From assembly GCA_035301025.1 (NCBI GenBank), contig DATGUV010000021.1:1-60190 (forward strand): a DNA stretch of 60,190 nt, given 5' to 3'. Below the pieces are notes generated by a model that worked only from the letters and a program-made list of their open reading frames with translations, ran no database searches and was not told the DNA's origin. Of this stretch, positions 40,691 to 52,838 are shown piece after piece. Both the position numbers and the translations under genes were made by a program. Origin of the DNA: Bacillota bacterium (lineage in GTDB: Bacteria > Bacillota > Bacilli > Bacillales > Amphibacillaceae). Each line of letters opens with the position of its first letter. Positions within the stretch are counted from its first letter, which is position 1.

Positions 40691-41806
40691 TTATCGATAT
40701 GAAAATGGATCTGTATGAACAGATGATGCGATACATTCTATATCACTTGCTGAAAGATGTGTGTTTAAATATGCTACAGTGGCTTCCTTCATAACATGCT
40801 CTATATAATGTCCTGCATCAATGAGACATAATCCCATTTTTTCCGCTTCTTGAGCTGCATGGTATGTAATATCACCAGTGATATACATGTCTGCATCTTT
40901 CGCTTTTGCAGCTGCAATGAACTTTTCTCCGCTTCCACCGACAACAGCGACTTTTTTTATTTTTTTATCTATATCACCTACAAATCGAACATGAGTAAGA
41001 TCAAATGATTCTTTCACTTTGTCGATAATCGTTGACGCATTGGACTTCCCTGTCCATTTTCCAATTCGCCCTAATCCATATTGTTTCCCCTCATTTTCTG
41101 TTGGATAAATATCGTAGGCAACTTCTTCGTATGGATGGGAATCCTTTATTGCCTGGATTACTTTAGTAAGTTTGTGTTCTTCTACAATCGTTTCAATACG
41201 TACTTCTTGTACCGTTGTTAATCTGTTTTTCTCCCCAATAAAAGGATCTGAAGCATCTAGTGGTTTAAACGAGCCTTCTCCTTCTACTTTAAAAGAGCAA
41301 TCACGATAGTTCCCTATCCATCCTGCTCCAGCATCACCAATAGCTCGTCGAACATGCTCAGAAAAATCCTTTGGAACAAATACAGCTATTTTAAAGAGGT
41401 CTTCTTTCTCTGTTGGAAGAAGGATTTCCGTATTCTGTAAGCCAAGTTTTTCAGCTAGGATATCATTCACACCACCCTCAGCAATGTCTAAATTCGTATG
41501 GGCGGCATATACTGTTATATTATGACGTATCAACGTAGTAACAGCTTTACCAATCGATGAGTCTGTATCCACAGATGTTAAAGGGTTAAAAAGAAGTGGA
41601 TGATGTGCAATGATAACATTTGCTCCTTTATCAATTGCTTCTTCAATCACACGCATATCAACATCTAGTGTGACCATCACCTTTGTTACTTGATGATTAT
41701 GAGAACCTATTTGTAAACCCACTGGATCCCAATCGTAAGCAAGTGATTGTGGTGCCCATTGCTCTAGTAATGAAAAAACATCTTTAGTAGTTATATTATG
41801 ATTCAT
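40691..41806 (-). CDS. yqfO: Nif3-like dinuclear metal protein
   Basis: WDPVGLQIG, HHP, HTNLD, HPYEE, DAGHY. Confidence 0.93.
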   Translation of the reverse strand: MNHNITTKDVFSLLEQWAPQSLAYDWDPVGLQIGSHNHQVTKVMVTLDVDMRVIEEAIDKGANVIIAHHPLLFNPLTSVDTDSSIGKAVTTLIRHNITVYAAHTNLDIAEGGVNDILAEKLGLQNTEILLPTEKEDLFKIAVFVPKDFSEHVRRAIGDAGAGWIGNYRDCSFKVEGEGSFKPLDASDPFIGEKNRLTTVQEVRIETIVEEHKLTKVIQAIKDSHPYEEVAYDIYPTENEGKQYGLGRIGKWTGKSNASTIIDKVKESFDLTHVRFVGDIDKKIKKVAVVGGSGEKFIAAAKAKDADMYITGDITYHAAQEAEKMGLCLIDAGHYIEHVMKEATVAYLNTHLSASDIECIASSVHTDPFSYR

Positions 41807-42494
41807 TGTTCAACTCCTCATTAATCCATGCTAATTCTCGCTGAAATTGATCCATTTGTTCTTGGTTTGGTTGTTTGGATTGCTTTATTTGTTTAATAAT
41901 CTCTTGACGATGGGAATATTCACGTTGCCATTTTTTTTTAAAAAGATTCGACTTTTCTTGTAATAAAAATGGTCCAAATAATAGTTCTTTTTCTTGAATT
42001 TCCTGAGATCCTTCTCCCTGTTTATGAGCGATTAGCACTTCATAAATATGTCCTTTTTCTTCTACCAATCGCTCATCTACTAAGATAAATCCGTTTTTAA
42101 TAAGCCATTTACGTACATGATGTGCACCAATATTTGGTTGTAAAATTAACTGTTCTACGTAATCCAGTTTTTCTTTTCCACGTTCCAAAATTGATGCAAT
42201 CAAAGAGCCACCCATTCCAGCAATGATTACATGTGTGACGGAGGGATCTATTACATCTAACCCATCCCCAAGACGTACTTCTATCTGATCATCTAAATCA
42301 TGTTGACGCACTGTCTTTTGCGCACTTTTAAATGGCCCCTCTCGCACTTCACCAGCAATGGCAGACGCTGTATCATCATGGGAACAAATTGCACACGGAA
42401 CATATGCGTGGTCACTTCCAATATCAGCAAATCGAACACCTTTTGGGATAAAAGAAGCAATTGTTTCTAGCCTTTTAGACAGCATGTTACTCAT
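41796..42494 (-). CDS. trmK: tRNA m1A22 methyltransferase
   Basis: ADIGSDHAY, GDGL, IAGMGG, LQPN. Confidence 0.95.
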   Translation of the reverse strand: MSNMLSKRLETIASFIPKGVRFADIGSDHAYVPCAICSHDDTASAIAGEVREGPFKSAQKTVRQHDLDDQIEVRLGDGLDVIDPSVTHVIIAGMGGSLIASILERGKEKLDYVEQLILQPNIGAHHVRKWLIKNGFILVDERLVEEKGHIYEVLIAHKQGEGSQEIQEKELLFGPFLLQEKSNLFKKKWQREYSHRQEIIKQIKQSKQPNQEQMDQFQRELAWINEELNNES

Positions 42495-42565
42495 ATAAGT
42501 ATTCACCTACAATATAAGAAAAGCTTTCTGCATCAGTCAGAAAGCTTATGTCTTTTTCTATTCTT

Positions 42566-42931
42566 TTATTTCATGTCAGCAAGCCATTCAGCTAGAGCAT
42601 CTGCTTCTTCTACGCTTGTTAGGCCACCTGGCATTTGTCCATTGTCAGAACCATTTACGATAATATCATGAATATCTTCTTCTGAAAGTCTATCCCCTAC
42701 TTGTGTCAAGTCTGGACCGCTTACCCCAGATAAGTCATCTCCATGACAGCTTGCACATTTGTTGGCATAAATTTCATCTGGCTCCCCAATTTCTTCTGAT
42801 TCAGCTGTAGTGCCATTTTCCTCTTCGTTCATTGCTTTGCGCTGACTGTCACCAATATAAGAAAAAACAACTACCATAAGTATCCCAATTACTGCAATAA
42901 TCGCATAAGGGACGACTGGGTTCTTAATCAT
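42566..42931 (-). CDS. cccA: Cytochrome c550
   Basis: N-terminal TM, CASCH heme motif, axial MP. Confidence 0.92.
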   Translation of the reverse strand: MIKNPVVPYAIIAVIGILMVVVFSYIGDSQRKAMNEEENGTTAESEEIGEPDEIYANKCASCHGDDLSGVSGPDLTQVGDRLSEEDIHDIIVNGSDNGQMPGGLTSVEEADALAEWLADMK

Positions 42932-43011
42932 TCAACTTCCTCCTTATGTAATCCCCAAATTCCTTAAATAATATAAGTACTATTTATATATTACTCGAAA
43001 TTCGTTCTATT

Positions 43012-43566
43012 TCAAAGGATTAACATATATTTTTGTAAAATAATCCAACTGAGTAAAAATAATAAGGCTATACATCCGATAATAAGTACATATTTTAATT
43101 GATTCCTCCAACCTAACCATAGCCAACTACTAAAATTCACTAAAATGACACACTTCATAATGAAATCAGATTGTGTATACATTCTAGTTATAAATACGGA
43201 TGTATATAAAATCAAAATGAGCGCTGTTAAGAATGCTATATATTGATAAGGAAAATGCTCTTTTTTAAAGGTAAAATATGTCCAAAATGAAAAACTAATA
43301 AACAAGAAAAAAATTCCTATTTGTAGTATCGGATAAAAGTCAGTAAAATATGTAATGATGAAAGATAGTGGTATCAAGCAAAAAAGTGTCATTAACAAAG
43401 ATACATTTTGTAACGTATACTCTTTCTTTCGTTCTACAGAAACAGATTGTTCTCCTTGTGTATAGAGTGCTAATAGAAAATCACATGATTCTTCCGGTAG
43501 TAAATGATGTTCCTTCCAATACTTGATTTCTTGAACAATTATTTCAGTATGCTTTTTATCCATCAT
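43012..43566 (-). CDS. Hypothetical membrane protein
   Basis: EIKYWK..LLP...CDFLLALY N-terminus then about five TM segments. Confidence 0.75.
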   Translation of the reverse strand: MMDKKHTEIIVQEIKYWKEHHLLPEESCDFLLALYTQGEQSVSVERKKEYTLQNVSLLMTLFCLIPLSFIITYFTDFYPILQIGIFFLFISFSFWTYFTFKKEHFPYQYIAFLTALILILYTSVFITRMYTQSDFIMKCVILVNFSSWLWLGWRNQLKYVLIIGCIALLFLLSWIILQKYMLIL

Positions 43567-43753
43567 ACTCACTCCATAGCATCAAGTACATGGTTATTTG
43601 TAATGTCTAATTTCTACAACATATCAGGTAATCATCTAGCTGAAGAAAAAACAATTCCCCATTTTTATACATAAGCTACAGTATGCCGACAACTAAGATT
43701 ACAAAATCCAGTTATCCTTCATGCCGGAATACTGTAGCGATACCAATTACTCA

Positions 43754-44890
43754 TTATTCATCTAAGAAATCTTTTAGTTGCTTACTTCTACTCGGATGAC
43801 GTAATTTACGTAATGCTTTCGCTTCAATTTGACGAATGCGTTCACGCGTTACTCCAAATACTTTACCTACTTCTTCTAATGTTCTCGTGCGGCCATCATC
43901 TAAACCAAAACGTAGACGAAGCACATTTTCTTCTCGATCTGTTAATGTGTCTAAAACATCCTCTAATTGTTCCTTTAGTAGTTCATAGGCTGCGTGATCA
44001 GAAGGTGATACTGCTTCTTGATCTTCAATAAAATCTCCTAAATGGGAGTCATCCTCCTCACCGATAGGAGTTTCTAACGACACTGGTTCCTGAGCTATTT
44101 TTAAAATATCTCTAACTTTATCTGGCGTTAAATCCATCTCCTCTCCTATTTCTTCAGGAGTTGGATCTCTTCCTAAATCTTGGAGGAGCTGCCGCTGGAT
44201 GCGGATTAATTTGTTGATTGTTTCAACCATGTGAACTGGAATACGTATGGTACGAGCTTGGTCAGCGATTGCTCGTGTAATTGCTTGGCGAATCCACCAA
44301 GTAGCATACGTACTAAACTTAAAGCCTTTCGTATGGTCAAATTTTTCAACAGCTTTCATCAATCCCATATTTCCTTCTTGGATTAGATCTAAGAAAAGCA
44401 TGCCTCGTCCAACGTATCTTTTAGCGATACTAACGACTAAACGTAAATTCGCTTCTGCTAAGCTTCGTGACGCTTCGTCTTCACCTTCAAGGATACGTTT
44501 GGCAATTTCCACTTCTTCTTCAGCTGTTAATAGATCCACACGTCCTATTTCTTTTAAATACATGCGAACAGGGTCGTTAATTTTAATTCCTAAAGGAACA
44601 CTTAAGTCCCTTGCATTTGCTTTTTCTTTTGCTTTTTCCTTATCAACAGCTGGATCATCCTCAGCTACACCTTCAGTTTCCTCTATGACATCGATGGATT
44701 GTTCTTCTAAGTGATCAAAAAATTCATCCATTTGGTCAGATTCGATTTCAAAACTTGATAATTTTTCAGCAATATCTTCATACGCTAAAAATCCTTGCTT
44801 TTTACCTTTTTCTACCAACTGTTCTTTTACTTGTTCAAGGGATTCATTTGTTTCGTTTGTTAGTTCTTGTTCTGTTTTATTCTCATCCAT
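43754..44890 (-). CDS. sigA: Primary RNA polymerase sigma factor
   Basis: [41 protein letters not shown], region 4 HTH. Confidence 0.99.
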   Translation of the reverse strand: MDENKTEQELTNETNESLEQVKEQLVEKGKKQGFLAYEDIAEKLSSFEIESDQMDEFFDHLEEQSIDVIEETEGVAEDDPAVDKEKAKEKANARDLSVPLGIKINDPVRMYLKEIGRVDLLTAEEEVEIAKRILEGEDEASRSLAEANLRLVVSIAKRYVGRGMLFLDLIQEGNMGLMKAVEKFDHTKGFKFSTYATWWIRQAITRAIADQARTIRIPVHMVETINKLIRIQRQLLQDLGRDPTPEEIGEEMDLTPDKVRDILKIAQEPVSLETPIGEEDDSHLGDFIEDQEAVSPSDHAAYELLKEQLEDVLDTLTDREENVLRLRFGLDDGRTRTLEEVGKVFGVTRERIRQIEAKALRKLRHPSRSKQLKDFLDE

Positions 44891-44928
44891 GAGTCCCACT
44901 CCTTTCAAGCTACATATAATTAGTTCAT

Positions 44929-46740
44929 TTAAACTTTTTTCAATTGTTTTTGAATTTCTAACATCTTTTGAGCAATTTCAGCGGCTTTAATGGGATCATT
45001 TTGTTGTTCCGCTATTTTTTGTTGCTCTTTATAATCACTCATCTGTTTCATATCATTTGACTCTACTCGTATGATGCGCATATAATCATCAATTTCTTCG
45101 GGTTCGATATGATCAAACAGAGGAATCATTGCTATTTCAATGACAAGTTGTTTTAAATGTTCTTCTGGTAACCTTTCAATAAACAAACTTACATCCGAGT
45201 GATCTTCTGCTTCATAAAATGCATATAAATACGTTACGATTATCTTATGCTCCTCAACATTAAACTCGGTTTTTAATTCACGTTGTACTCTGTGAGCAAT
45301 ATTTGGATCATGTAACATAAGTGCAAGTAATGTTCGTTCTGCATTTTGATATGCAGGCAATAGTCGTTCATTTTTCTTCCAGGAGGTCACGTTAGTAGTA
45401 TATCTTGTCTGTGACGCCTTATCCTGCCTTTGCTCGATTCGACTTACATGTTCTTCTAGTTCAGTCTGAAGTGATTCCATTGATAAATCGTATTCTTTAC
45501 TAATTTCTTGCAAGTGATATTCTCGTTCAATAGAACTATCCAGAGTTGCAATATGCTCAATAATCCTTCGAACATACTGCAAACGGTCACTTTCACTTTG
45601 TAAATTATATTCTTTTTTGATGTAGCGCATATAGAAACTGACAAATGACTGGCTGTTATCAATCATTTGAGATTTAAACGCCTCTGGTCCATACTGTTTA
45701 ATAAACCCATCTGGATCCATATCTGCTGCTAGATTAGATATTTTAATGGAACATCCGCTATTTTGTAATAACATTGCGGCACGATAGCTGGCTTCAAGTC
45801 CAGCTTGATCACCGTCATAACAGATAACAACTGTATCCACATATCTTTTGAGCAGTTGAGCTTGATGTTCTGTCAGAGCTGTTCCTAAAGTAGCAACAAC
45901 ATGTGGACATCCTGCTTCTGTAATGGCAATTGCATCCATCTGTCCCTCACATAAAATAACCTCATTTGTTTTACGCATATGTTTTCGCGCTTCATCAAAA
46001 TTATACAACATTTGACTTTTTTGAAACAAAGGGCTTTCAGAACTATTTAAATATTTTGGGTGTGCACCGGAAATTGTTCGTCCTCCAAATGCAATTACTT
46101 TACCAATATGATTGCGTATTGGAAAAATCACTCTACCTCTAAAAGGGTCAGCTACATCATTACCTTCTCTTTCAGATAGTAACCCCGACGTTACTAATAA
46201 CTGCCTATGAAATCCTTTTTTCTCTAAAAAGGTAGCAGTAAAGTTCGTTTTATTCGGTGCATATCCTAATTGAAATGCATCAATGCTTTCTTCTGAGATA
46301 CCTCTTGCCTTTAAATATGCAAGTCCTTCATCTCCATCTTTTGAATACCTTAAAACATGGTGATATAGTTTTGCTAACCAATCATAGGCGGCTAGTAATT
46401 GAGCATTCTCTTCATTTTCTAGCGTAGACGATTTTTCCTGAATGTTAGGAAGTTCAATTTCGCTCCGCTCCGCTAAAAAAACGAGAGATTCATAGAAAGA
46501 CAACCCTTCAATTTCCATAATGAAGGAAAGTACGTTCCCTCCTTTTTTACAACCGAAACAGTGGTAAATTTGTTTGTCTTCTGCGACAGAAAATGAAGGT
46601 GTGTTTTCTTCATGAAACGGACAAAGTCCAAAGTAATTTTTGCCACGTTTCTTTAATTGAACAAACTCACCAACAACTTCTACGATGTCATTGGACTGTC
46701 TGACACGTTCAATGACTTCTTCAGGGATTCTGTTTGTCAT
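44929..46740 (-). CDS. dnaG: DNA primase
   Basis: CPFH zinc finger, FGGR, KYLNS, EGQMD, DGD.AG, DPD; start MTNRIPEE. Confidence 0.97.
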   Translation of the reverse strand: MTNRIPEEVIERVRQSNDIVEVVGEFVQLKKRGKNYFGLCPFHEENTPSFSVAEDKQIYHCFGCKKGGNVLSFIMEIEGLSFYESLVFLAERSEIELPNIQEKSSTLENEENAQLLAAYDWLAKLYHHVLRYSKDGDEGLAYLKARGISEESIDAFQLGYAPNKTNFTATFLEKKGFHRQLLVTSGLLSEREGNDVADPFRGRVIFPIRNHIGKVIAFGGRTISGAHPKYLNSSESPLFQKSQMLYNFDEARKHMRKTNEVILCEGQMDAIAITEAGCPHVVATLGTALTEHQAQLLKRYVDTVVICYDGDQAGLEASYRAAMLLQNSGCSIKISNLAADMDPDGFIKQYGPEAFKSQMIDNSQSFVSFYMRYIKKEYNLQSESDRLQYVRRIIEHIATLDSSIEREYHLQEISKEYDLSMESLQTELEEHVSRIEQRQDKASQTRYTTNVTSWKKNERLLPAYQNAERTLLALMLHDPNIAHRVQRELKTEFNVEEHKIIVTYLYAFYEAEDHSDVSLFIERLPEEHLKQLVIEIAMIPLFDHIEPEEIDDYMRIIRVESNDMKQMSDYKEQQKIAEQQNDPIKAAEIAQKMLEIQKQLKKV

Positions 46741-46883
46741 ATAAACCACCAATTTTCTTTTTCTTAACAATACTCTTCTTGATACAACGCACAAATTCCT
46801 GCATAATTCGACATTAAATGTATATCTTACCATTAAACTTTATAGAATTTAAGAGGCTTGTGTTATTTTTTTATGAAATCGAT

Positions 46884-46993
46884 TGAATTTCATCATTGCT
46901 TATCATTCCTATGGCATTTCAGCATGTGGTTATGAACGTGTTAAAAAAATGGTAAGTTGTAATGATATAGTCGTATTTTTTGAAATTCATTCA
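46884..46993 (-). repeat. Copy 7 (degenerate) of palindromic element
   Basis: Minus strand TGAATGAATTTCA...CTATATCATTACAAC...AACCACATGCTG...ATGATGAAATTCA. Confidence 0.65.
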
Positions 46994-47210
46994 ATTGCAT
47001 AGTATTCTTTTGTATTTATTTCGATACTCCATTCGAATTTCCCTTTATTTACACGGGTTTCTTATGGATTTCGATAAATCAATAAGATTCGTCTTATTCT
47101 TTTGAGTAGGTTTACGCAAGAAATCATTATAACAAAAATACGATAGATAGCTAGTTTTATGCTCACATAAATAAAGAAGCTTTCAGCACAAAGGCAAAAA
47201 GCTTCTTTAT

Positions 47211-48017
47211 TTACTTTTTTCGACATAATTGCAATATCAAATTTGCTGTTTCTTCGACAGCTTTATGCGAAACATCAATGACTTCACAACCGATTTTTTT
47301 AACGAGTTGATCAAAATATTTTAGTTCTTCTTCGATACGTTGCATATTTGCGTAAGATGCTTGATCTCCTAATCCAAGAGATTTTAGGCGCTCTTTTCGA
47401 ATGCTGTTTAATTTCTCTGGATTAATGCGAAGCCCAATACATTTTTTAGGATCTACTTCAAATAGTTCCTCTGGGGGGTCTACTTCAGGAACAATAGGGA
47501 CGTTTGCTACTTTCAATCGTTTATGAGCTAGAAATTGAGATAAAGGTGTTTTTGATGTTCGTGAAACACCAATCAAAACAATATCTGCTCGCTGAATCCC
47601 TCGTGAGTCCCGTCCATCATCATACTTAACAGCGAATTCTATTGCTTCCACCCGTTTAAAATAATCTTCATCCAATTGATGAACAAGACCCGCTTCCAGC
47701 CGCGGCAAGCGACTAAAAGCCCTTTCCATCGATTGGATCATTGGTCCCATAATATCAATAGCTTCAACCCCAGCTTTTTTTGTTTCTTGATTTACATATT
47801 CACGTAAACCAGGATCCACTAGAGTGAACCCAATCATTCCGTTATTTTCCAAGGCGAGCTGAATGGCTTCGTCTATCGTTCCTTCATCTTCTACATAAGG
47901 TATCCTTCTAATGATGTATTCTGTATTATTAAATTGACTGAGGCCAGCTTTAATGACCAGTTCTGCTGTTTCCCCGACAGAGTCTGATAATATGTATACA
48001 TGAGGATTCATATCCAA
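47211..48017 (-). CDS. yqfL: Pyruvate,phosphate dikinase regulatory protein
   Basis: [28 protein letters not shown]. Confidence 0.93.
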   Translation of the reverse strand: MDMNPHVYILSDSVGETAELVIKAGLSQFNNTEYIIRRIPYVEDEGTIDEAIQLALENNGMIGFTLVDPGLREYVNQETKKAGVEAIDIMGPMIQSMERAFSRLPRLEAGLVHQLDEDYFKRVEAIEFAVKYDDGRDSRGIQRADIVLIGVSRTSKTPLSQFLAHKRLKVANVPIVPEVDPPEELFEVDPKKCIGLRINPEKLNSIRKERLKSLGLGDQASYANMQRIEEELKYFDQLVKKIGCEVIDVSHKAVEETANLILQLCRKK

Positions 48018-48033
48018 TTCCCCCTTTATTTCA

Positions 48034-48663
48034 CTACACTTGTTCGTTCATGGCTAGTTCAACTAATACTCGTGTCATTGTTGTTTTAGTAATTCTACCA
48101 ACAACCTCTAATCCATGTTCAGTATCTTTTACAACAGGTAGCCCGTCAATTTGTTTATTGATTAATTTTTTCGCAGCATCCATTAAAGGATCTTCTCGTC
48201 TACAAACTGTTATGTTTGGCATACGTGTCATAATGATATGAACTGGAATGACTGTTAAGTCTTGATTCCCAATACTAGCTCTCAATAAGTCTTTTCTAGA
48301 TAGCACACCGGTTAAGCATGCATGATTGTCTACAACGAATAATGTACCAACATCTTCTAAAAACATCGTTGAAATAGCATCATATACAGAAGCATCTTCT
48401 TTCATTACAATAGGCACTGCATAATGATCTTTTATTTTGAATTTCTTTATTTTCTCTGTTAGCAACTCAGAGCCCGTTTTTCCAGTATAAAAGTATCCTA
48501 CACGTGGACGTGCATCCAAAAAGCCAGCCATTGTTAAAATGGCTAAATCTGGCCTAAGTGTTGCACGCGTGAGTGCTAATTGGGCTGCAATATTTTCCCC
48601 AGTAATAGGCCCTTCTTTTTTTACAATTTCTACGATTGTTTCTTGTCGCTCTGATAGTTCCAC
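48034..48663 (-). CDS. ccpN: Gluconeogenesis repressor CcpN
   Basis: HTH GPITGE...[16 protein letters not shown] plus two CBS domains. Confidence 0.95.
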   Translation of the reverse strand: MELSERQETIVEIVKKEGPITGENIAAQLALTRATLRPDLAILTMAGFLDARPRVGYFYTGKTGSELLTEKIKKFKIKDHYAVPIVMKEDASVYDAISTMFLEDVGTLFVVDNHACLTGVLSRKDLLRASIGNQDLTVIPVHIIMTRMPNITVCRREDPLMDAAKKLINKQIDGLPVVKDTEHGLEVVGRITKTTMTRVLVELAMNEQV

Positions 48664-48683
48664 TTCTTCACCGCCTACATCAA

Positions 48684-48748
48684 TGTGTCATACTATTATA
48701 TATTTATTATAGACTATATAGGCATAAACACAAAATTATGTCATACTT
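48684..48748. promoter_or_regulatory. Two putative CcpN boxes
   Basis: TGTGTCATACTA (48684-48695) and TATGTCATACTT (48737-48748) both fit TRTGHYATAYTW. Confidence 0.65.
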
Positions 48749-48853
48749 ATTTTTTCCCCCATGGATTTATTGAAGAGTGCCAACCCAGCATAGACTCCTG
48801 TAAGTCTTCGTATATTGGCACTTTACTTCAACTTAAACCTATGACCTTTTAAT

Positions 48854-50923
48854 TTAAAACGTCTGTTTCCATTCAATTTTATCAATATGTGCATATGAAC
48901 GAATAATTTTTGCCAATTCAAATAAGAGTGCTAAACGATTTGCGCGAACTCGTTCATCATCAGTCATAACCATATTATGTTCAAAGAACTCCTCAATTGG
49001 TTGAGCTAAAGTGGATAGAGATTCTAATCCTTTTTTAGCATCGAAATGGTTTTCCGCTTCTGCAAAATTCTCGCGTACGGTTACATACCGATCATACAAC
49101 GTTCGCTCAGAGTCGGTTTCAAATAAATTTGTTTGAATCGGTCCTTCTTTTGCCTGCTTTTCAATGTTCAATACTCTTGTAAATGCTTCTTGTACTTTTT
49201 TGTACGAATGGTCATTACGCATGTTAAACAATTCTTTCGCTTTTTCTAATCGATACGAAAACACACCAATATCGTTGAATAATACAGACTCTATGATATC
49301 TTGTTCAATTCCCAGTTCATGCATAACATAAGAGGCTCTTCTGCGAATAAACTCTTTTAGATCAGAAATATTTGTCGTTATTTCGATTCCTTGAGCAGTT
49401 AACAAATCCTGAACAATTTGAATAAACGTTTCTACAGGAACTTTCCAATCGTTTGCATAAAGAATGCGGAGAACACCAATTGCTTGTCTTCTAAGTCCAT
49501 ACGGATCCCTTGACCCTGTTGGCATTAAACCTACAGATATACAACCAACAATTGTATCTAACTTATCCGCAACACTTACAATAGATCCTACTTCCGTGGT
49601 TGGTAAGTCTCCTGCAGCATGAAGTGGTAAATAGTGCTCGCGTATGCCAACAGCTACCTCTTCTTTTTCATGCGCTAGACGGGCATATTTTTCCCCCATT
49701 ACCCCTTGTAGTTCTGGGAATTCATTGACCATCAATGTTGGTAAGTCGAATTTACAAATAGACGCTGTTCGACGAATATCATGTAATGTAGAATCATCTA
49801 CACCAATTTCTTCAGCGATTTGTTCAGCAATCTTTTCCACACGGGAAACCTTTTCATAAACTGTTCCTAATTTTTCTTGAAATACAATTGATTGTAACTG
49901 CTCGCTATATTCATCAATTGTTTTCTTTTGGTCTTCATGATAGAAGAACTCCCCGTCAGATAAACGAGCTTGGAGTACCTTCTCGTTTCCTGCTACTACT
50001 TGATCGATGGACTGGTTGTCACCGTTGCGAACTCCAATGAAATAAGGTACTAATTTTCCATCCTTCTCTACAGGAAAATATCTTTGGTGTTCTTGCATAG
50101 ATGTCGTTAATACTTCAGATGGAAGTTCTAAAAAAGATTCCTCATAGGTTCCTACAAAAACTGTTGGATATTCAACTAAATGCACAACTTCACTTAATAA
50201 AGAATCTTCTACAATGACGTGAAAACCTTGTTTCTCTTCAATAGCTTGAATGCCTTCCTGAATAAGTGTTGCTCGTATTTCAGGATGGACAATAACATAA
50301 CGCTCATGTAGAACCTGTTCATATTCGGATGGATCATTTAAGGTAGCATGGGTTCCCAAAAAGCGATGACCACGAGTTTCATTAGACGTGTTTACACCTG
50401 CTATGGAAAAAGGAATGACATCTTCTCCATATAAGGCAACAAGCCAACGTATCGGTCTTGCAAACGTAAAGGATTCTGCTCCCCATTTCATTTGTTGCGG
50501 AAACGGAAGAGAAGTAATCACTTCTTTAAATGTTGGAAGTAATTCTTCTGTCTTCTTTCCTTCTGTTACTTTTTCAACAAATATATATGTTGTTCCCTTT
50601 TGCTCTTTTATATATATATCATCAACTGTTTTCCCTTGGCCCTTTGTAAATCCAATAGCTGCTTTTGTCCATTCTTCCTCTTGTTTGGCGATGGATAATG
50701 CAGGTCCTCTGATTTCTTCTTCAATAGTCGTCTGTTCAGCTGCAACGCCTTCAATACGTACGGCTACTCTACGTGGAGTTGAAAAGGATTCTATCTGATC
50801 ATAAGTAATGCGCATATCCTTAAACCAAGTTGCCGTTTTATGAAGAAACTGCTCTTGGGCAGACGGAATAAATCGTGCTGGCAATTCTTCTACACCAATT
50901 TCAAATAAAATAGATTTCTTCAC
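48854..50923 (-). CDS. glyS: Glycine-tRNA ligase beta subunit
   Basis: [32 protein letters not shown]. Confidence 0.97.
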   Translation of the reverse strand: MKKSILFEIGVEELPARFIPSAQEQFLHKTATWFKDMRITYDQIESFSTPRRVAVRIEGVAAEQTTIEEEIRGPALSIAKQEEEWTKAAIGFTKGQGKTVDDIYIKEQKGTTYIFVEKVTEGKKTEELLPTFKEVITSLPFPQQMKWGAESFTFARPIRWLVALYGEDVIPFSIAGVNTSNETRGHRFLGTHATLNDPSEYEQVLHERYVIVHPEIRATLIQEGIQAIEEKQGFHVIVEDSLLSEVVHLVEYPTVFVGTYEESFLELPSEVLTTSMQEHQRYFPVEKDGKLVPYFIGVRNGDNQSIDQVVAGNEKVLQARLSDGEFFYHEDQKKTIDEYSEQLQSIVFQEKLGTVYEKVSRVEKIAEQIAEEIGVDDSTLHDIRRTASICKFDLPTLMVNEFPELQGVMGEKYARLAHEKEEVAVGIREHYLPLHAAGDLPTTEVGSIVSVADKLDTIVGCISVGLMPTGSRDPYGLRRQAIGVLRILYANDWKVPVETFIQIVQDLLTAQGIEITTNISDLKEFIRRRASYVMHELGIEQDIIESVLFNDIGVFSYRLEKAKELFNMRNDHSYKKVQEAFTRVLNIEKQAKEGPIQTNLFETDSERTLYDRYVTVRENFAEAENHFDAKKGLESLSTLAQPIEEFFEHNMVMTDDERVRANRLALLFELAKIIRSYAHIDKIEWKQTF

Positions 50924-51801
50924 TGATTGTCCTCCCCTTTCAACATTGGGAAACCTAACCGTTCACGTTCTTCCACATATTTTTTAGCAATGAGGCGGGC
51001 TAAATTTCGAACTCTTTGAATATATCCAGTTCGCTCCGTTACTGAGATAACACCTTTGGCATCAAGTAAATTAAAAGTATGTGAGCATTTTAGTACATAA
51101 TCGTATGCTGGAAATACAAGTCCTTTTTCCACCGTTGCCTCTGCTTCTTGCTCATATAATGTAAACAATTCAAATAACATATGTGTATTTGATGTTTCAA
51201 AAGCATAAGTGGAATGCTCAAATTCAGGCTGTAAGAAAATGTCTGATACTGTGACACCATCTGTCCACTCTAATTCAAACACATTATCTTTTTGCTGGAT
51301 ATAGGATGCAAGACGCTCGATCCCATAGGTTAATTCAACAGAAACAGGACTTGCTTCAAGCCCTCCAATTTGTTGGAAGTACGTGAATTGAGTAATTTCC
51401 ATTCCATCAAGCCACACTTCCCACCCTAAACCAGCTGCACCAAGTGTTGGATTTTCCCAGTTGTCTTCCACAAAGCGAATGTCATGCTTTAATGGGTCTA
51501 TTCCTAATTGTTTCAATGATTCAATATATAAGTCTTGAATATTGTCTGGTGAAGGCTTCATTACGACTTGAAATTGATGATGTTGATACAATCGGTTTGG
51601 GTTTTTACCATATCTTCCATCATCTGGTCTACGTGAAGGTTCTACGTAAGCCACATTCCAAGGTTCTGGCCCTAAGCTGCGCAACAATGTCATTGGCGAC
51701 ATTGTTCCTGCTCCCTTTTCCACATCATAAGCCTGCATTAAAATACAACCGTGTTCAGACCAATATGATTGTAATGTTAAAATCATTTGTTGTATGTTCA
51801 T
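50920..51801 (-). CDS. glyQ: Glycine-tRNA ligase alpha subunit
   Basis: [35 protein letters not shown]; start MNIQQM after GGAGGG. Confidence 0.98.
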   Translation of the reverse strand: MNIQQMILTLQSYWSEHGCILMQAYDVEKGAGTMSPMTLLRSLGPEPWNVAYVEPSRRPDDGRYGKNPNRLYQHHQFQVVMKPSPDNIQDLYIESLKQLGIDPLKHDIRFVEDNWENPTLGAAGLGWEVWLDGMEITQFTYFQQIGGLEASPVSVELTYGIERLASYIQQKDNVFELEWTDGVTVSDIFLQPEFEHSTYAFETSNTHMLFELFTLYEQEAEATVEKGLVFPAYDYVLKCSHTFNLLDAKGVISVTERTGYIQRVRNLARLIAKKYVEERERLGFPMLKGEDNQ

Positions 51802-51814
51802 TATTTTCCCTCCA

Positions 51815-52016
51815 AAACAAAATAAACTCATCCCTATGCCTCTATCTTGAGACATAGGGACGAGTTCGTATTCCCGCGGTTCCACCCTATTTGCTTAGTT
51901 ATATAAGCCACTTTATATGTATTTCGCTCCCGAGTACCATCCCTTTCATCCTTATCCAGCTCTCACCACCCTGGATTCGCTTTTATGTCGTATGAAGGTT
52001 TTTCTCGTTCCTAGCG
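51815..52016 (-). ncRNA. T-box riboswitch leader of glyQS
   Basis: Stem I with AGCGA bulge and GGTGGTGAGA distal loop, T-box AGGGTGGAACCGCG, terminator CTCGTCCCTATG...CATAGGGATGAG plus U-run. Confidence 0.95.
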
Positions 52017-52061
52017 TTTATGATTTATTTTATCATACATGAATCGTTCATGAATCGTCAA

Positions 52062-52820
52062 CTAATTTTCTCCAGTTAAGGCATCTAGTTGTTTAATAAA
52101 CCTTTTTGTTTTAATTGGATAACTTCCATAAGAATCATAATAATGATCTAGCAACATTCTCAATAATTCTTTATTTTTTTGCTTTAATGAGATATTCCCA
52201 ATTTGCTCAATACTTACTTGTTGAAAAGCATGTAAAATGTGAGCAAGTTTACCTTGGAGCATAATAGATTGCTCATCTACATGACTACATGTATTACACA
52301 ACACTCCACCTTCTCGAATCGAAAATGAAAAAGGTAGTTGTGTTGAGCCACAACGTACACAGCGATTTAGGACTGGAGAAAAACCCCCAACTTCATACAA
52401 TTTTAATTCATACATCATTGCCGGAATCACGTACTCGTCCCGTTCTGCAATCCATTGTAACGTGTGAAACAATTCGTTGTAGATATCCGGTAATGGTTGT
52501 TTGTTTTCCGTAAGTGTATCGGTTAATTCTAGTACATATGAAGCGTAAGCATTTTTCTCAATATCTTCCCGTATTTGTCGCATGGAGTGAACAATTGAAG
52601 CTTGTTGAATCGTTCCTAATCCTTTTCCTTTACTTACATAGACTAGAAACTCACCATAGACGAACGGCTGCGTTGTTGCAGCCATTCGACTTTTAGGTTT
52701 TTTTACCCCCCGTGCTAACGCGGTAAACTTTCCTAATTTATCACTAAAAATCGTAATGATTTTATGTGTTTCTTTATAATCTTGCGTTTTAATTACGACA
52801 CCTTGTAATTTTTCTAACAC
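52062..52820 (-). CDS. recO: DNA repair protein RecO
   Basis: DYKE, ARG.KKPKSR, CxxC zinc motifs. Confidence 0.94.
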   Translation of the reverse strand: MLEKLQGVVIKTQDYKETHKIITIFSDKLGKFTALARGVKKPKSRMAATTQPFVYGEFLVYVSKGKGLGTIQQASIVHSMRQIREDIEKNAYASYVLELTDTLTENKQPLPDIYNELFHTLQWIAERDEYVIPAMMYELKLYEVGGFSPVLNRCVRCGSTQLPFSFSIREGGVLCNTCSHVDEQSIMLQGKLAHILHAFQQVSIEQIGNISLKQKNKELLRMLLDHYYDSYGSYPIKTKRFIKQLDALTGEN

Positions 52821-52838
52821 CCGTATCGCCTTCCTAAT

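Noticed and set aside
44247-44714. 155-aa ORF antisense to sigA, and similar shadow ORFs in efp, sodA, glyS, glyQ, phoH and yqeW
   Set aside because: Typical antisense frames of conserved genes, no RBS or motifs
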